A stretch of 64,000 bases of DNA from the NCBI GenBank assembly GCA_028821785.1, contig JAPKFC010000001.1, positions 7,518 to 71,517 on the forward strand. The letters are read 5' to 3'. This DNA is from Candidatus Poseidoniaceae archaeon. GTDB taxonomy: Archaea > Thermoplasmatota > Poseidoniia > Poseidoniales > Poseidoniaceae. The notes beneath the pieces were generated by a model that searched no databases, was not told where the DNA came from, and saw nothing but the letters and a program-made list of their open reading frames with translations. Shown piece by piece: positions 37,727 to 46,616 of this stretch; position 1 is the stretch's first letter; every line of letters begins with the position of its first letter. The translations under genes and the position numbers were made by a program.

Positions 37727-38947
37727 TCAACTATAGAGTCCTTCTGGAGTGGACGAAATACCACCCTGATTCCTCTTGCTGTTAATTCTCTTTACAGCCC
37801 CGAGTATGTCGTTTTGAGTAACTGTATCGCGCTTATCTCTTATTGCAGTCATACCCGCTTCAACACAAGTAGCCTTCAATTCAGCACCAGAATAGCCTTC
37901 GGTTAATTCTACAACTCTTTGAACATTAATTCTTTTAGTATTCATATTCTTGACGTGCAATGAAAGTATGGCACTTCTTGCCTTTTCATCAGGCATAGGA
38001 ATTTCAATGACTCGGTCAAATCTTCCAGGCCTTAACAAAGCGTCATCCAAAATATCCGGGCGATTTGTAGCGGCAATTATCTTTACATTTTCTAAAGAGT
38101 CAAAACCGTCTAATTCGGCTAGTAATTGCATTAATGTTCGTTGAACTTCCCGATCACCGCTTGTAGAACCATCCAATCTTTTTGCACCGATTGCATCAAT
38201 TTCATCCAAGAAAATAATCGAAGGGGACTTTTCTTTTGCTAATGAGAACAATTCTCTAACCATCCTTCCTCCTTCACCAATATATTTCTGGGCTAATTCA
38301 CTACCGACCATACGAATAAATGTTGCATCGGTGTGATTTGCTACCGCTTTAGCAATCAATGTTTTTCCACATCCCGGTGGACCAACTAATAAGATCCCCT
38401 TTGGTGCTTCAATTCCAACTTTTACGAATAACTCAGGTGAAGTCAAAGGCAATTCGATAGCCTCCCTTATCGCTTCAATTTGGTCGTCCAAGCCAGCAAC
38501 CTCGCTGTAAGTAACATCGGGTTTCTCAACCATTTCAGCACCGCTAACCATCGGATCCCAAGCATCGTGTAATACTTCGATTATCGCCAAAGTATCTTGG
38601 TTTAAGGCCACCCTGGTACCCGGTTGTAATTTAGAAGGTTCAATTCTTTGATTCAATGAAACCTGAAACACAGTACCATTAGATGAGCGTACTATTGCCC
38701 TGTCGCTGTCTAGAATATCCTGTAAAGTACCTATGATAAGAGGGGGTTTCCTCATTGATTTTACTTCTTCATTTAGTGTATTTGCTCTCTTCTTAAGACC
38801 TCTAACTTCTGACTCAAGGTGTGCTCTATCGTTTATCAGAGATTGGGCTTCTTCTTGCAAAACGCGGTAATCTGATTCTAATTTTTTAAGGTCTTCATCA
38901 GAACTTTTTGTCTCAGCGTTAGCGCTGCTCTCGACTTCACTACTCAT
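37727..38947 (-). CDS. pan: proteasome-activating nucleotidase PAN (AAA+)
   Basis: N-terminal coiled coil and OB segment, Walker A GPPGCGKT, Walker B IIFLDEID, and a second region of homology. The C-terminal residues LYS match the HbYX motif. Confidence 0.92.
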   Translation of the reverse strand: MSSEVESSANAETKSSDEDLKKLESDYRVLQEEAQSLINDRAHLESEVRGLKKRANTLNEEVKSMRKPPLIIGTLQDILDSDRAIVRSSNGTVFQVSLNQRIEPSKLQPGTRVALNQDTLAIIEVLHDAWDPMVSGAEMVEKPDVTYSEVAGLDDQIEAIREAIELPLTSPELFVKVGIEAPKGILLVGPPGCGKTLIAKAVANHTDATFIRMVGSELAQKYIGEGGRMVRELFSLAKEKSPSIIFLDEIDAIGAKRLDGSTSGDREVQRTLMQLLAELDGFDSLENVKIIAATNRPDILDDALLRPGRFDRVIEIPMPDEKARSAILSLHVKNMNTKRINVQRVVELTEGYSGAELKATCVEAGMTAIRDKRDTVTQNDILGAVKRINSKRNQGGISSTPEGLYS

Positions 38948-38978
38948 ACGAACAAATCACTGGTTGAGGCGACACCGT

Positions 38979-39587
38979 ATGAACTCCTCGCTTGACAATA
39001 TAAGAAACGGGCTGTTCCGAAGGATTCAAAGGATTCCGGCTATTAATCATAATTACAGGCGACTGTACGGAAGTGACATTGTGGGAGATTGTGAATTATG
39101 TGGAGCAATGAAGGTTGGAGTCAAACACGTAAAAACCGGTAAAACAGAGGTCTCAGCCTGTAGTAAGTGTATTGAAAAATTAAACCTTGGGCCAAAACCC
39201 GTCGCCCCTGGATTAGCAAGAGCATTTTCTTCAACTCCGAGGACCAGTGGAACAAATACTCGGACTAGTGGAACTCATCCTAGAGGAAAAAGTATTATGA
39301 CGCGCTCTGAAAAAGACCTCGCCGACGACTTTTCACTACGTATTTCAACAGCCCGTAAACAGAAAAATTGGAATCAATCGCAATTAGGAAAGAGGATGGC
39401 AGAAACTGTAAATATCATCAAATCTGCTGAATCTGGAAAAAGACCAACAGACTCTGTAATAAAAAAGTTTGAACGCATTTTAGGTATTAGTTTGATGATT
39501 GAGCACAGGTCAATTGACACCCGAGCTCTAGACAGTGGCCCATCTCGCGGAATAACACTCGGCGATTATTTCATCAAAGAAGAGTGA
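38979..39587 (+). CDS. archaeal multiprotein-bridging factor 1 (zinc ribbon + Cro/C1 HTH)
   Basis: Zinc ribbon CELCG...CSKC and HTH segment RKQKNWNQSQLGKRMAETVNIIKSAESGKRPTDSVIKKFERILGISL. The conserved part begins at the in-frame GTG at 39081 (GDCELCG), which may be the true start. The ORF track starts at 38964. Confidence 0.72.
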   Translation: MNSSLDNIRNGLFRRIQRIPAINHNYRRLYGSDIVGDCELCGAMKVGVKHVKTGKTEVSACSKCIEKLNLGPKPVAPGLARAFSSTPRTSGTNTRTSGTHPRGKSIMTRSEKDLADDFSLRISTARKQKNWNQSQLGKRMAETVNIIKSAESGKRPTDSVIKKFERILGISLMIEHRSIDTRALDSGPSRGITLGDYFIKEE

Positions 39588-39591
39588 TTCG

Positions 39592-40146
39592 ATGAGAGAC
39601 ATACCAGTCCATGCGATTTGGTTGGCCCAAGATGATCCCAAGAAAAATACTGTAGTTAGCGCCTCAAAAAGAGGCGATATAATAATGCATAAACGGTTTG
39701 CTACAGTTCCGAGAAAAGGATTCATTTTAGAGCCATTATGTGGTAAGGTGTTTGGCCCGGAAGACCATGAGGTTCTTCTCAGCAATGGCGGTTCTATAGT
39801 TGGTTTAGACTGTAGTTGGGCTAACATTGAAGAAAGTGTAGAACAAGTGATGAAACGGACCAAATTACAACCGCGGATGTTACCCTTGTTATTGGCAGCA
39901 AATCCTGTTAATTGGGGTAAACCAAGTAAATTGACAACTGCTGAAGCGCTAGCAACTATTCTATTTTTAATCGGCCGAGAACAACAAGCACGGCAAGTAT
40001 TGGGTGCTTTTAGGTGGGGTGAGAGATTTTTTGAATTGAATAAGGAACCGCTTGAAGCATATGCTGCTGCAAAGTCTAGTGCTGAATTAGTTTCGTTACA
40101 ATTCGAATTTTTTGACATTGATAGGTCTTCAATTGAATCCGATTAG
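39592..40146 (+). CDS. tsr3: 16S rRNA aminocarboxypropyltransferase Tsr3
   Basis: Motifs [10 protein letters not shown] and [35 protein letters not shown] match the Tsr3/DUF367 family. The gene starts 4 nt after the mbf1 stop. Confidence 0.8.
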   Translation: [184 protein letters not shown]

Positions 40147-40157
40147 AGCGTGGTTAT

Positions 40158-40946
40158 ATGAGTGATTTACATAGGAAAATAGGTGTTTCTCGCTGGAATG
40201 GCGAGGACTTTACTTTGGATCAAGATCATGTCGCAGTTGAAGCATTAGTGATAATTAGAATCAATGGTGATGCTATTGCAAACCTGTTAGCCACGCCATC
40301 TGATTTACAAGATTTGGCGATTGGTCATTGTATTGCAGAAGCGAAAACAGGCCCGATTAGCATTGAAAGTTTTACCACTTCTCTAGATGAGACTGGTACT
40401 CACTTCGTGGACATTATTACATCCGAAAAGATTGAACCACTACTTCCCGATGAAAGGATCATTACCAGCAGTTGTGGCGCTTGTGACAGAGACGGAGTGG
40501 ATGCTTTAATGTCAAATGTGCCACTTGTTTCATCATCACAGATTAGTTTCTCTGCAGCCGCAATAAACACTGCTTTCGAAGAGATGAAAAAACTCCAAAT
40601 CGGCTTCTCTGTGACGGGGGGAGTTCATGCTGCCGGGCTGATAGATAGTGAAGGAAATTTAGTGGCTATTAGAGAGGACATTGGACGGCATAACGCGGTT
40701 GACAAATTATTCGGTTTTGCACAAAGAAATGAAATAAATCTCAATCAGCATGGATTACTACTATCGGGTCGATGTGGGTGGGATATCGTTGCTAAATCGG
40801 CCAGAATGGATTGTCCACTGATAGCCAGTATTGGCGCCTCTTCGACTCTTGCAATAGAAGCTGCACGCCAATCTAATATCACACTCTTCTCCTTTGTCCG
40901 TAATGACAAAGGGGTAGTGATTGGACCCTCAAGCCGCCTCAATTGA
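40158..40946 (+). CDS. fdhD: sulfurtransferase FdhD (formate-dehydrogenase-family accessory protein)
   Basis: Motifs SSCGACD, TGGVHAAGL, GRHNAVDKL and LLSGRCGWDIVAK. Confidence 0.85.
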   Translation: MSDLHRKIGVSRWNGEDFTLDQDHVAVEALVIIRINGDAIANLLATPSDLQDLAIGHCIAEAKTGPISIESFTTSLDETGTHFVDIITSEKIEPLLPDERIITSSCGACDRDGVDALMSNVPLVSSSQISFSAAAINTAFEEMKKLQIGFSVTGGVHAAGLIDSEGNLVAIREDIGRHNAVDKLFGFAQRNEINLNQHGLLLSGRCGWDIVAKSARMDCPLIASIGASSTLAIEAARQSNITLFSFVRNDKGVVIGPSSRLN

Positions 40947-40988
40947 ACAAAGCATTGAGAAGCAAAGCCCCAGCGTGGTAAATTACCG

Positions 40989-43286
40989 GTGAGGGAAATG
41001 CGTGAAAAGGTAACTGCCCTCACCCCTCCAGATAACAATAAATTAAAGTTATCAAAAATCAAAACTACTGCTGCGGGAATTCCTGCCGCCCTGTCTTCCA
41101 TGAAACATGGAATTACAAGAATGGGTGTGGCTAAAACGGTTAAAAGTTTGATGATGGTTAACCAACAGAAGGGATTTGATTGCCCAGGTTGTGCTTGGCC
41201 AGATCCATCGCATCGAACTACATTTGAATTCTGTGAAAACGGTGCTAAAGCAATTGCTGATGAGGGAACAAAGGCCCGTGTCACCCCTGAGTTTTTCAAG
41301 AAGTATTCTGTACAACATCTTTCCAATCAAAGTGATTATTGGCTAAATAAACAAGGCAGAATTACCAATCCTATGTACCTTGCAAAGGATTCTTCTCACT
41401 ATACAGAAATAAGTTGGGAGGATGCCTTCGAAAAGATATCCACTCAGTTGAATTCTTTACAATCTGCTGACAATGCAGCATTTTACACATCTGGGAGGAC
41501 TAGTAATGAAGCCGCATTCTTATATCAGGCATTTGTACGTGCCTTTGGAACAAATAATTTACCAGATTGCTCAAACATGTGCCATGAGTCGAGTGGTAAA
41601 GGATTGGGAGCTACAATTGGAATTGGTAAAGGAACTGTTACACTTGAAGATTTCAACAAAGCAGATTTGATACTAGTAATTGGCCAGAACCCAGGTACCA
41701 ACCACCCTCGTATGCTGACTGCATTAAGAGATGCAAAAAATAAGGGTGCAAAAATAATTCATGTAAATCCTCTTCCTGAATCGGGTTTGAATCGTTTTAA
41801 GCACCCGCAAGACTACATGACGGCTAATCTGAAATCTACAACACTTGCTGATGTTCACTTACAAGTGAAAATTGGAGGAGATGCTGCTTTGATCAAGGGA
41901 TTGATAAAGATTCATCACCAAAAGGGTGGCATCGATGAATCATTCATTGACTCTAAAACAGATGGATATCAATCGATGCTCGAGTCGGCATTGAATACAC
42001 CCTGGGATGTAATCTGCGCTGATAGCGGATTATCTAGGCAACAAATAGAGCAAGCCGGGCAAATGTGTGCGGATTCCAATGCTACTATCGCTTGCTGGGC
42101 AATGGGATTGACTCAGCATCGCAATGCTGTTACAGTAATTCAAGAAGTTGTTAATCTCTTGTTGATGGGTGGTCATGTTGGCAGAGAAGGCGCTGGATTT
42201 TGCCCTGTAAGAGGTCATTCAAATGTGCAAGGCGATAGAACCGTAGGGATTTGGGAGGCGCCATCTGAATCATTCTTGGAAAGGTTGGAGCAGGGATTGG
42301 GCTTTGAAATGCCTCAACGTCATGGATACGATGTCGTTCACGCGATTAAGGCTATGAGAAAGGGTGATATCGGCGTCTTTTTCTGTTTAGGTGGTAATTT
42401 CATCTCCGCCAGCCCAGATACTGAGGCTACTGCTGAAGGATTGCAAAAAGTTAATCTTACAATTCAAGTATCTACTAAACTCAATCGCGCTCATTGCATC
42501 ACTGGCAAGGAAGCACTCATTCTTCCTTGTCTTGGGCGCACTGAACTTGATGTCACCAAAGAAGGCGAACAATTTGTTTCCGTAGAAAATTCAATGGGTA
42601 TAGTCCATAGCTCTAGAGGCGGCTTCCGTCCTGCTAGCACACAATTACGTAGTGAGCCATGGATTGTTGCGCAATTGGCCAACGCTACATTAGGTAACAA
42701 GCATTTGAATTGGCTTGAACTGACTGATAATTATGACAATATTAGAAATTTGATGGAAAAATCGTTGTATGGCTTCGAAGATTATAACCTTCGAATCCGC
42801 AATCCTAATGGTTTTTCACTACCTAATCCACCAAGAGATAGCCAATCATTTGCTACAGATAATGGAAAGGCGCACTTCACTACTAATTCGTTACCAAATG
42901 TATCTATTGATGATGACAAATATGTAATGATGACAATTAGAAGTCATGACCAATATAACACTACTATCTACGATCTACATGACAGGTATAGAGGTATACA
43001 TGGCAATAGACGAGTGGTGATGATGAATGCCAACGATATGATAGAAAGAGGTTGGAAAACAAGAACTATCGTAGACATAGTATCTCATTTTAAAGGTCAA
43101 ACTAGAAAGGCAGAGCAGTGGATTGTTATTCCTTATGACATTCCGAGTGGCAATATCGCCACTTACTTCCCTGAGGCCAATTGCCTCGTACCCCTTGAAT
43201 CAACAGCAGACATCTCTAATACGCCAACTTCAAAATGGGTTGTAGTATCATTGCATGAGAGTCACTCCTCGCAAGAGGAGGAGTGA
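40989..43286 (+). CDS. FdhF/YdeP-family molybdopterin oxidoreductase
   Basis: N-terminus AAGIPAALSSMKH...NQQKGFDCPGCAWPDP is typical of the YdeP clade. The active-site region CSNMCHESSG has Cys, not a TGA/Sec codon. A C-terminal molydop_binding-like barrel is present. Confidence 0.85.
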   Translation: MREMREKVTALTPPDNNKLKLSKIKTTAAGIPAALSSMKHGITRMGVAKTVKSLMMVNQQKGFDCPGCAWPDPSHRTTFEFCENGAKAIADEGTKARVTPEFFKKYSVQHLSNQSDYWLNKQGRITNPMYLAKDSSHYTEISWEDAFEKISTQLNSLQSADNAAFYTSGRTSNEAAFLYQAFVRAFGTNNLPDCSNMCHESSGKGLGATIGIGKGTVTLEDFNKADLILVIGQNPGTNHPRMLTALRDAKNKGAKIIHVNPLPESGLNRFKHPQDYMTANLKSTTLADVHLQVKIGGDAALIKGLIKIHHQKGGIDESFIDSKTDGYQSMLESALNTPWDVICADSGLSRQQIEQAGQMCADSNATIACWAMGLTQHRNAVTVIQEVVNLLLMGGHVGREGAGFCPVRGHSNVQGDRTVGIWEAPSESFLERLEQGLGFEMPQRHGYDVVHAIKAMRKGDIGVFFCLGGNFISASPDTEATAEGLQKVNLTIQVSTKLNRAHCITGKEALILPCLGRTELDVTKEGEQFVSVENSMGIVHSSRGGFRPASTQLRSEPWIVAQLANATLGNKHLNWLELTDNYDNIRNLMEKSLYGFEDYNLRIRNPNGFSLPNPPRDSQSFATDNGKAHFTTNSLPNVSIDDDKYVMMTIRSHDQYNTTIYDLHDRYRGIHGNRRVVMMNANDMIERGWKTRTIVDIVSHFKGQTRKAEQWIVIPYDIPSGNIATYFPEANCLVPLESTADISNTPTSKWVVVSLHESHSSQEEE

Positions 43287-43288
43287 TC

Positions 43289-44542
43289 ATGAGCGATATT
43301 GGTTATTTACAATTACTTCGTTCAAATCGAAATTTCCGTAATCTGTGGCTTGCTTCGGTAATTTCAATGTTAGGGGAATGGTTCAACACAATAGCACTGT
43401 TTTTCTTGATTCTGGAATACACAGGTTCAGAATTTTTACTCGGATTCCTATTCACTGTAAGAATGGCTTCATTTGCCTTAATGCAACCATTTATTGGATT
43501 ACTAGCCGATAGATATAGCCGTAAATTAATAATGCTATTTGCAAATTTTGTTCAGATATTTCTGGCCCTTGGTTTTCTTCTAGTAGATAGTGCATCTGAC
43601 ATACCGTGGATGATCGCACTATCAGGATTAATGATGTTACTACATGGCACATATATGACTGCTGAAAGGGCTGCAATACCTAATATTGTCAGTGCTGATG
43701 ATTTGGCCACAGCCAATGCTCTTGATGCAGCCTCATGGTCTACAGCATTGTGTATCGGAGCATTATTGGGTGGAGTCGTGGTATCTTATTGGGGCGCAGA
43801 TGCAGCCTTTATTATCGATTCAATGACATTTGCAATCGCTACACTTCTATTAATTCCAGTGAAAATACAGCAAAAAGTCGAGGAAGAGATGAAAGCACCA
43901 TTTTTCAAAACTGCATTATCAAATATCAAACGCGGTTGGTTAAGGGTGTATACTGAATCGCGCTTGTTGAGGATTATTTTTGCAAAAACCTCCTGGAATA
44001 TCGCTGGTGGTGCATTGGCGGGAGTCTTCTTGGTATTATTGGGGTCAGAAACCGATGGATATGGTGCAGCCATGGGATTCGGTATTTTCTTTTTCGCAAG
44101 AGGTGTCGGGACGGGTCTTGGACCTGTAATTGCTAGGAATGTGTTGAAAGATGAATCTAAATGGCCAGGATTAATTGGTAAATTAGTTATCATAAGCGGG
44201 AGTTTTTACGTATTGGTTTCACTGACTTTGAATATCAGTATCGTATTGACAGTAGTTCTTATTCTTCTTGCCCATGCTGCCAGTGGTGCTAATTGGGTTC
44301 TTTCAACTATTCTAACTCAACGTTGGGTAGAGGATGAAATGAGAGGGAGAGTTTTCTCAATTGATATGTTGTTCATGTCGATCGCATTTTCAATTTCCAC
44401 TTCAGTAGCTGGATATTTGGTAGAAAATTACAATCTAGGAATCGCTGATGGAATTCTATACTTTGGTTCACTGATGATGCTATCTGGAATATTGTTCACA
44501 TTATGGAATCCCAGTAATTCAAAAAGCGTTACACCGGCGTAA
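43289..44542 (+). CDS. MFS transporter (EntS/MFS_3-like)
   Basis: About 12 TM helices. The N-terminus FRNLWLASVISMLGEWFNTIALFFL and the loop DRYSRK are typical of the MFS_3 group. The stop lies 1 nt before the hutU start. Confidence 0.75.
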   Translation: MSDIGYLQLLRSNRNFRNLWLASVISMLGEWFNTIALFFLILEYTGSEFLLGFLFTVRMASFALMQPFIGLLADRYSRKLIMLFANFVQIFLALGFLLVDSASDIPWMIALSGLMMLLHGTYMTAERAAIPNIVSADDLATANALDAASWSTALCIGALLGGVVVSYWGADAAFIIDSMTFAIATLLLIPVKIQQKVEEEMKAPFFKTALSNIKRGWLRVYTESRLLRIIFAKTSWNIAGGALAGVFLVLLGSETDGYGAAMGFGIFFFARGVGTGLGPVIARNVLKDESKWPGLIGKLVIISGSFYVLVSLTLNISIVLTVVLILLAHAASGANWVLSTILTQRWVEDEMRGRVFSIDMLFMSIAFSISTSVAGYLVENYNLGIADGILYFGSLMMLSGILFTLWNPSNSKSVTPA

Positions 44543-44543
44543 G

Positions 44544-46604
44544 ATGGCAATGCTCAAAGACAGGCTGAGATGTCCCTGTGTTATGTCGGGAGAGGTCGCC
44601 TCTATCCTTGCCGCTTGCCTCGTCTCTGGCATTCCCGATGAGTTACCAGAAATGCCTCCATGGGATGATGGTGTAGACCATGCTCCCGCAAGGCGCCAAG
44701 TATTGTCTCATCAAGAGAAGCAATTGGCTATTAGAAATGCATTGAGATATTTTCCAAAGCATTTACATGCAACACTGGCAAAAGAGTTTAGTCAGGAATT
44801 GAATACTTTTGGCAGAGTGATAATGTGGCGATACCGGCCCACAGAATATGAAATGAAAGCATATCCCATAGATGATTATCCAGCGAAATGCAAACAAGCA
44901 GCCGCGATAATGTTGATGATTCAAAATAATTTAGATCCAATGGTAGCCCAATTCCCTCACGAATTGATAACTTATGGAGGGAACGGGGCAGTTTTCCAAA
45001 ATTGGGCACAATACAGAATCGTGATGAAATATCTATCGCAGATGTCCGAACATCAAACATTGGTAATGTATTCAGGTCATCCGCTTGGATTATTCCCTTC
45101 AAGCCCAAGCGCTCCAAGGGCAATAGTAACTAACGGCATGGTAATCCCAAATCATTCATCTCCTGAAGATTATGAAAGAATGAATGCATTAGGTGTAAGT
45201 CAATACGGTCAAATGACCGCTGGCTCTTACATGTATATTGGACCTCAAGGAATAGTTCATGGAACTACAATTACTTTACTCAATGCAGCAAGAGATAAAT
45301 TAGGAATTTCTGGCGATGAAGGTCTAGAGGGTATTTCTTTCGTGACATCCGGCTTAGGAGGTATGTCTGGGGCTCAAGCGAAAGCTGCTGTGATTGCAGG
45401 TGCCGCCTGTATCATCGCTGAAGTTAATCCACATGCGGCTAGGAAGAGGCAGCAACAAGGTTGGCTGAGTACCGTTGCTGATGATGTGGATGATGCAATT
45501 GACAAAATGCTCCTGGCAGTCAAAAATAAGGAAGCAATTTCTATTGGATATGTGGGAAATATAGTTACTCTGTGGGAGAGGTTGGCTGAAAGAGATATTG
45601 AGGTTGATTTAGGAAGTGATCAAACTTCGCTACACAATCCATGGCAAGGCGGATATTTTCCCGTAGGATTTGATTATGAAGTTGCATCACTAATGATGTC
45701 ACAGCAACCTCAGAAGTTTGCTGATGAAGTTAAAAATAGTTTGATTCGGCATGCCAATGCGATCAACAAAATGACAGATAAAGGGATGTACTTTTGGGAT
45801 TATGGAAATGCATTCCTTCTCGAAGCTAGTCGAGCAGGTGCAGATGTGATGGATGCGGATGGCAGTTTCAAATATCCGTCATACGTTGAAGATATCATGG
45901 GGCCTATGTGCTTCGACTATGGCTTTGGACCATATAGGTGGGTTTGCTGTTCAGGGAGCCCACAGGATTTAGCAGAATCAGATGCAATTGCTTGCGAAGT
46001 TCTTTCTGAAATGATACTGGAATCTCCAATAGAAATTCAACAACAGATGAGAGATAATATCCGCTGGATTGAGCAAGCGGAGTCAAATAACATGGTCGTA
46101 GGCTCTCAGGCGCGTATTCTCTATGCAGATGATGAAGGAAGGAGGAGAATAGCGTCAGCAATGAATAAGGCTATCTCAACAGGACGAATATCTGGCCCAA
46201 TCGTATTGGGTAGAGATCATCACGACGTATCAGGAACTGACTCTCCTTACAGAGAAACCGCAAATATTTCTGACGGCTCAATGTTTACTGCTGATATGGC
46301 GGTTCAAAACTTCGTAGGTGATTCCTTTAGAGGCGCAACATGGGTTAGTTTGCACAATGGTGGAGGTGTTGGCTGGGGCGAAGTTGTAAACGGTGGCTTT
46401 GGCTTGATGCTAGATGGAACTGATGATTCTGAAAACCGATTACAATCAATGCTACACTGGGATGTCAATAATGGGGTGGCGAGAAGGGCTTGGGCTCGTA
46501 ATGACGGGGCTATTTTTGCTGCAAAAAGAGCCATGCAATCACAACCGGATTTACAAGTAACTTTGCCAAATATTGTTGATGACGATATAATTAACTCAGT
46601 CTGA
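44544..46604 (+). CDS. hutU: urocanate hydratase, long (~680 aa) form
   Basis: Motifs ITYGGNGAVFQNWAQY, GLGGMSGAQ, SLHNGGGVGWGE and LGRDHHD. The length matches the long eukaryote/Bacteroidota-like subfamily rather than the ~555-aa proteobacterial form. Confidence 0.92.
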   Translation: MAMLKDRLRCPCVMSGEVASILAACLVSGIPDELPEMPPWDDGVDHAPARRQVLSHQEKQLAIRNALRYFPKHLHATLAKEFSQELNTFGRVIMWRYRPTEYEMKAYPIDDYPAKCKQAAAIMLMIQNNLDPMVAQFPHELITYGGNGAVFQNWAQYRIVMKYLSQMSEHQTLVMYSGHPLGLFPSSPSAPRAIVTNGMVIPNHSSPEDYERMNALGVSQYGQMTAGSYMYIGPQGIVHGTTITLLNAARDKLGISGDEGLEGISFVTSGLGGMSGAQAKAAVIAGAACIIAEVNPHAARKRQQQGWLSTVADDVDDAIDKMLLAVKNKEAISIGYVGNIVTLWERLAERDIEVDLGSDQTSLHNPWQGGYFPVGFDYEVASLMMSQQPQKFADEVKNSLIRHANAINKMTDKGMYFWDYGNAFLLEASRAGADVMDADGSFKYPSYVEDIMGPMCFDYGFGPYRWVCCSGSPQDLAESDAIACEVLSEMILESPIEIQQQMRDNIRWIEQAESNNMVVGSQARILYADDEGRRRIASAMNKAISTGRISGPIVLGRDHHDVSGTDSPYRETANISDGSMFTADMAVQNFVGDSFRGATWVSLHNGGGVGWGEVVNGGFGLMLDGTDDSENRLQSMLHWDVNNGVARRAWARNDGAIFAAKRAMQSQPDLQVTLPNIVDDDIINSV

Positions 46605-46616
46605 TGTGGTGGTAAT

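Noticed and set aside
39225-39290. The short duplicated peptide TSGTNTRTSGTHPRG in the linker of the MBF1 homologue, considered as a possible repeat element.
   Set aside because: It is only a ~7-aa imperfect duplication in a low-complexity linker between the zinc ribbon and the HTH. It has no DNA-level extended repeat and no functional implication that I can support.
41560-41600. Possible selenocysteine recoding in the FdhF/YdeP-like molybdoenzyme.
   Set aside because: The ORF is uninterrupted. The active-site position is an ordinary Cys codon in CSNMCHESSG, and there is no in-frame TGA.
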